Assembly (NCBI GenBank): GCA_035253585.1
Contig: DATFBY010000110.1
Coordinates: 47,875 to 111,874, forward strand
Length of the DNA stretch: 64,000 bases
Direction: 5' to 3'
From: Gemmatimonadaceae bacterium
GTDB lineage: Bacteria > Gemmatimonadota > Gemmatimonadetes > Gemmatimonadales > Gemmatimonadaceae
Below the pieces are notes generated by a model. It searched no databases. It was given only the letters and a program-made list of their open reading frames with translations, and was not told the origin of the DNA. Every line of letters begins with the position of its first letter. Position 1 is the stretch's first letter. The position numbers and the translations under genes were made by a program. Below are positions 62,214 to 64,000 of this stretch, piece by piece.

Positions 62214-62969
62214 TCAGCGCCTGCCAACCCTGAAGTGCAGCGGCCACCGCACCAGCCGCTCCGAATCGCGAGCGCCCCACGTGCTCGCGATTCGTGCGAT
62301 GAAGGGCGCGATCGGATCGGCGTCGTTCTTCTTGAGATACCGCCGCGTCGCCGACCAGGTGTAGAGATATCCCTCGAAGTCGCCTAACGACATCGTCCGC
62401 TCGATCGACAGCTCGGGGGCGGGCAGCTCACGGAACGGAAACTCGAGATTCCGGTACCCTTCGTCCACCATCCGGCGCTCCGCCGGCCAGTACTCGCCGA
62501 GGACGCCGCGGTAGAGCTCGTGAAGGGCGTCGTCGAGATCGGCGCCGATCGAGCAGAGACCGTATCCCCACACCGCTACCGCGCCTCCCGGTGCCATGAC
62601 GCGCGCCGCCTCGGTGAAGAATGCGGTTGGGTCGAGCCAATGCATCGACTGCGCGACAGTCACCAGGTCGGCAGCACCGTCGGGTAACCCACTCACCTCC
62701 CCGGGAGCCACCCGATACTCGATGCGCGGGTGGGGCATCGCATTCGCGATCTGGGCGGCGCTGGCATCGGTGGCCAGCACACGGTCATAGCGCTCCGCCA
62801 AGCCGATCGCCGCCTGCCCATTCCCCGTGGCGCTGTCCCACGCCAGCGCGTGCCCCGCGCTCAGCCCCGTCACGAAGTCGAAGAGCGCCGGCGGGTACGT
62901 CGGCCGAAACTCGGCGTACTCCCGAGCATGACCCGAAAAGTGATCCTTGAAGTCGGTCATGCCTAACAA
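62214..62969 (-). CDS. Class I SAM-dependent methyltransferase
   Basis: Methyltransf_11/25-like motifs (…LAWDSATGNGQAA…VLATDAS…). Confidence 0.7.
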   Translation of the reverse strand: MLGMTDFKDHFSGHAREYAEFRPTYPPALFDFVTGLSAGHALAWDSATGNGQAAIGLAERYDRVLATDASAAQIANAMPHPRIEYRVAPGEVSGLPDGAADLVTVAQSMHWLDPTAFFTEAARVMAPGGAVAVWGYGLCSIGADLDDALHELYRGVLGEYWPAERRMVDEGYRNLEFPFRELPAPELSIERTMSLGDFEGYLYTWSATRRYLKKNDADPIAPFIARIASTWGARDSERLVRWPLHFRVGRR

Positions 62970-63002
62970 TGCCTGACGAGTGCCTGACTTGGGAGACTTC
63001 TC

Positions 63003-63599
63003 CTAACGGGCTCCGCTCGACTGGCGGCGCGCGAAGAAGCCGGGATAGCCGCGCGACTCGAGCGTGCCCGTGATCCCCCAATGTGGTACGTAGCGCGCTC
63101 GAACCTCGGCGACGGGGCGCAGCATGGCCTCTCGTGATCCGGCAGTCGACTCCAACAGATACTGCACATCCTGCTGACTGAAGAGCACCCAGACGTGCGA
63201 GATCGTCTTGCCGTCGTCTCTTAGCACCTCCCCGGTGACGAGCTCCGCGTCGAAGCCCATCTCGACCAGCTTCCGCCACGCCCAGATCGCATGATCTTCA
63301 CAGTCTCCCTTCCGCACCTGCTCGAAGGTACGCGGATGCTGCCAGAAGTCGCTCTCGTGAAAGAGGTCGCGGTCGCGGATGTATTCGCACGCGAGAAGCC
63401 AGTCACACATCTCGTCAACCGAGCTCACGCTCACCGCGCTCTCACCCTCGAAATACCAGCGAAAATCGCGAACGGCTCCGGCGCCGAATCGCTGTAGCGG
63501 AACTCGCTGCGGCACGGGCGCCCAGAGGTCCGCGGGCGGCTTGTCCTTCCGGCGGATGATTCGAGCGAAAAGCCTGCGAAGCCCTTGGATCAGTCTCAC
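63003..63599 (-). CDS. Transglutaminase-like cysteine-protease-fold protein
   Basis: The catalytic Cys context GDCEDHAIWAWRKL is present. A GTG start gives a GTGA overlap with the DinB-family gene. Confidence 0.5.
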   Translation of the reverse strand: MRLIQGLRRLFARIIRRKDKPPADLWAPVPQRVPLQRFGAGAVRDFRWYFEGESAVSVSSVDEMCDWLLACEYIRDRDLFHESDFWQHPRTFEQVRKGDCEDHAIWAWRKLVEMGFDAELVTGEVLRDDGKTISHVWVLFSQQDVQYLLESTAGSREAMLRPVAEVRARYVPHWGITGTLESRGYPGFFARRQSSGAR

Positions 63600-63928
63600 C
63601 GCTGGCTGCGAGCGTGCACTTCTTCCTCGGTAAGCCCGTAGAGCGGCGGAGTCTTCACCCCGAGCATGGATAGCATGAGGTAGAGCTGCCCGCGGTGGTG
63701 CACCTCGTGCTCGATCATCGACCGGAGCCACTTCCATGTCGTGATCGGCGTGCCAGCCGGCGTGCTGCACTTTCTCTCGAGATCGTCGCGCGTCAACGCG
63801 CGAAGCATGGGCAGGGACTCTTCGTGCATGCGGTCGAGATATTCGAGCACCGCATCGCGTCCTTCGGCCAGCTCACGCCCATGTCCCGGATATCGGCTGG
63901 GGCGGCCGCTGACATTCTCGGCGAACAT
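63596..63928 (-). CDS. DinB/YfiT-family metal-dependent protein
   Basis: DinB_2-like His motifs are in EHEVHHRGQL. Confidence 0.55.
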   Translation of the reverse strand: MFAENVSGRPSRYPGHGRELAEGRDAVLEYLDRMHEESLPMLRALTRDDLERKCSTPAGTPITTWKWLRSMIEHEVHHRGQLYLMLSMLGVKTPPLYGLTEEEVHARSQR

Positions 63929-64000
63929 CCACCGCTCGATTGCGCCCAGGTGCCTAACGATGTCGCCGAGGGTGAAGGCGCCGGGACGGTGCGTCCATTC

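Overview
This is a high-GC window (roughly 68-70 % by eye) from a bacterial chromosome. I found no rRNA, complete tRNA, IS element or CRISPR array. Coding density is very high, with many ATGA/GTGA/TAATG start-stop overlaps.

About 28 kb of genes run uninterrupted on the minus strand (140-28354). After that the window is mixed.

Identifiable blocks, in order:
- A che-like chemosensory operon (cheW-cheY-cheA-cheC) reading straight into TPR and DUF4388-like proteins, three Roadblock/LC7 (MglB-like) proteins, an MglA-like Ras GTPase, and a protein made of two tandem DnaA-type AAA+ modules. This is the most unusual gene system in the window.
- A Firmicute-like cell-division tail: yggS, divIVA, a purine nucleoside phosphorylase gene, ileS, a dksA-like gene, lspA and rluD.
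- A DUF2723-like membrane protein gene, followed by cdaA, folP, ftsH, hpt and tilS.
- lemA with an M48 (HtpX-like) protease, tonB, and an nfeD-flotillin pair.
- The glyoxylate shunt in two parts: aceB-aceA, and a divergent aceK/icd pair next to an Opu-like ABC transporter.
- infA and a penicillin-acylase-family hydrolase.
- An ergothioneine cluster: egtB, egtD and a GCS2-type ligase.
- An M28 lipoprotein peptidase, a LytS/LytTR two-component pair, and a lysyl-oxidase-like lipoprotein.
- Two paralogous Plug-domain-only proteins next to an ~830-aa Ala/Glu/Arg repeat protein.
- A flavin monooxygenase, DUF4097, a methyltransferase, a transglutaminase-like protein and a DinB-family protein.

Two sequence-level signals stand out beyond the genes.

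First, the non-palindromic octamer GCCTAACG (extended consensus YGCCTAACGAG) occurs 26 times exactly, plus at least 10 one-mismatch variants. Base composition predicts about 2-3. It sits inside genes in several reading frames and at gene boundaries. That is the signature of a DNA-level selected motif, such as an uptake signal or a Chi-like site.

Second, a family of hairpin elements is built from inverted tandem heptamers, (CGAGATT)n…(CGAATCT)n and (GGGAAGC)n…(GCTTCCC)n. They sit between genes at two loci and inside the essential ileS gene at two places, and the ileS reading frame stays open in both cases.
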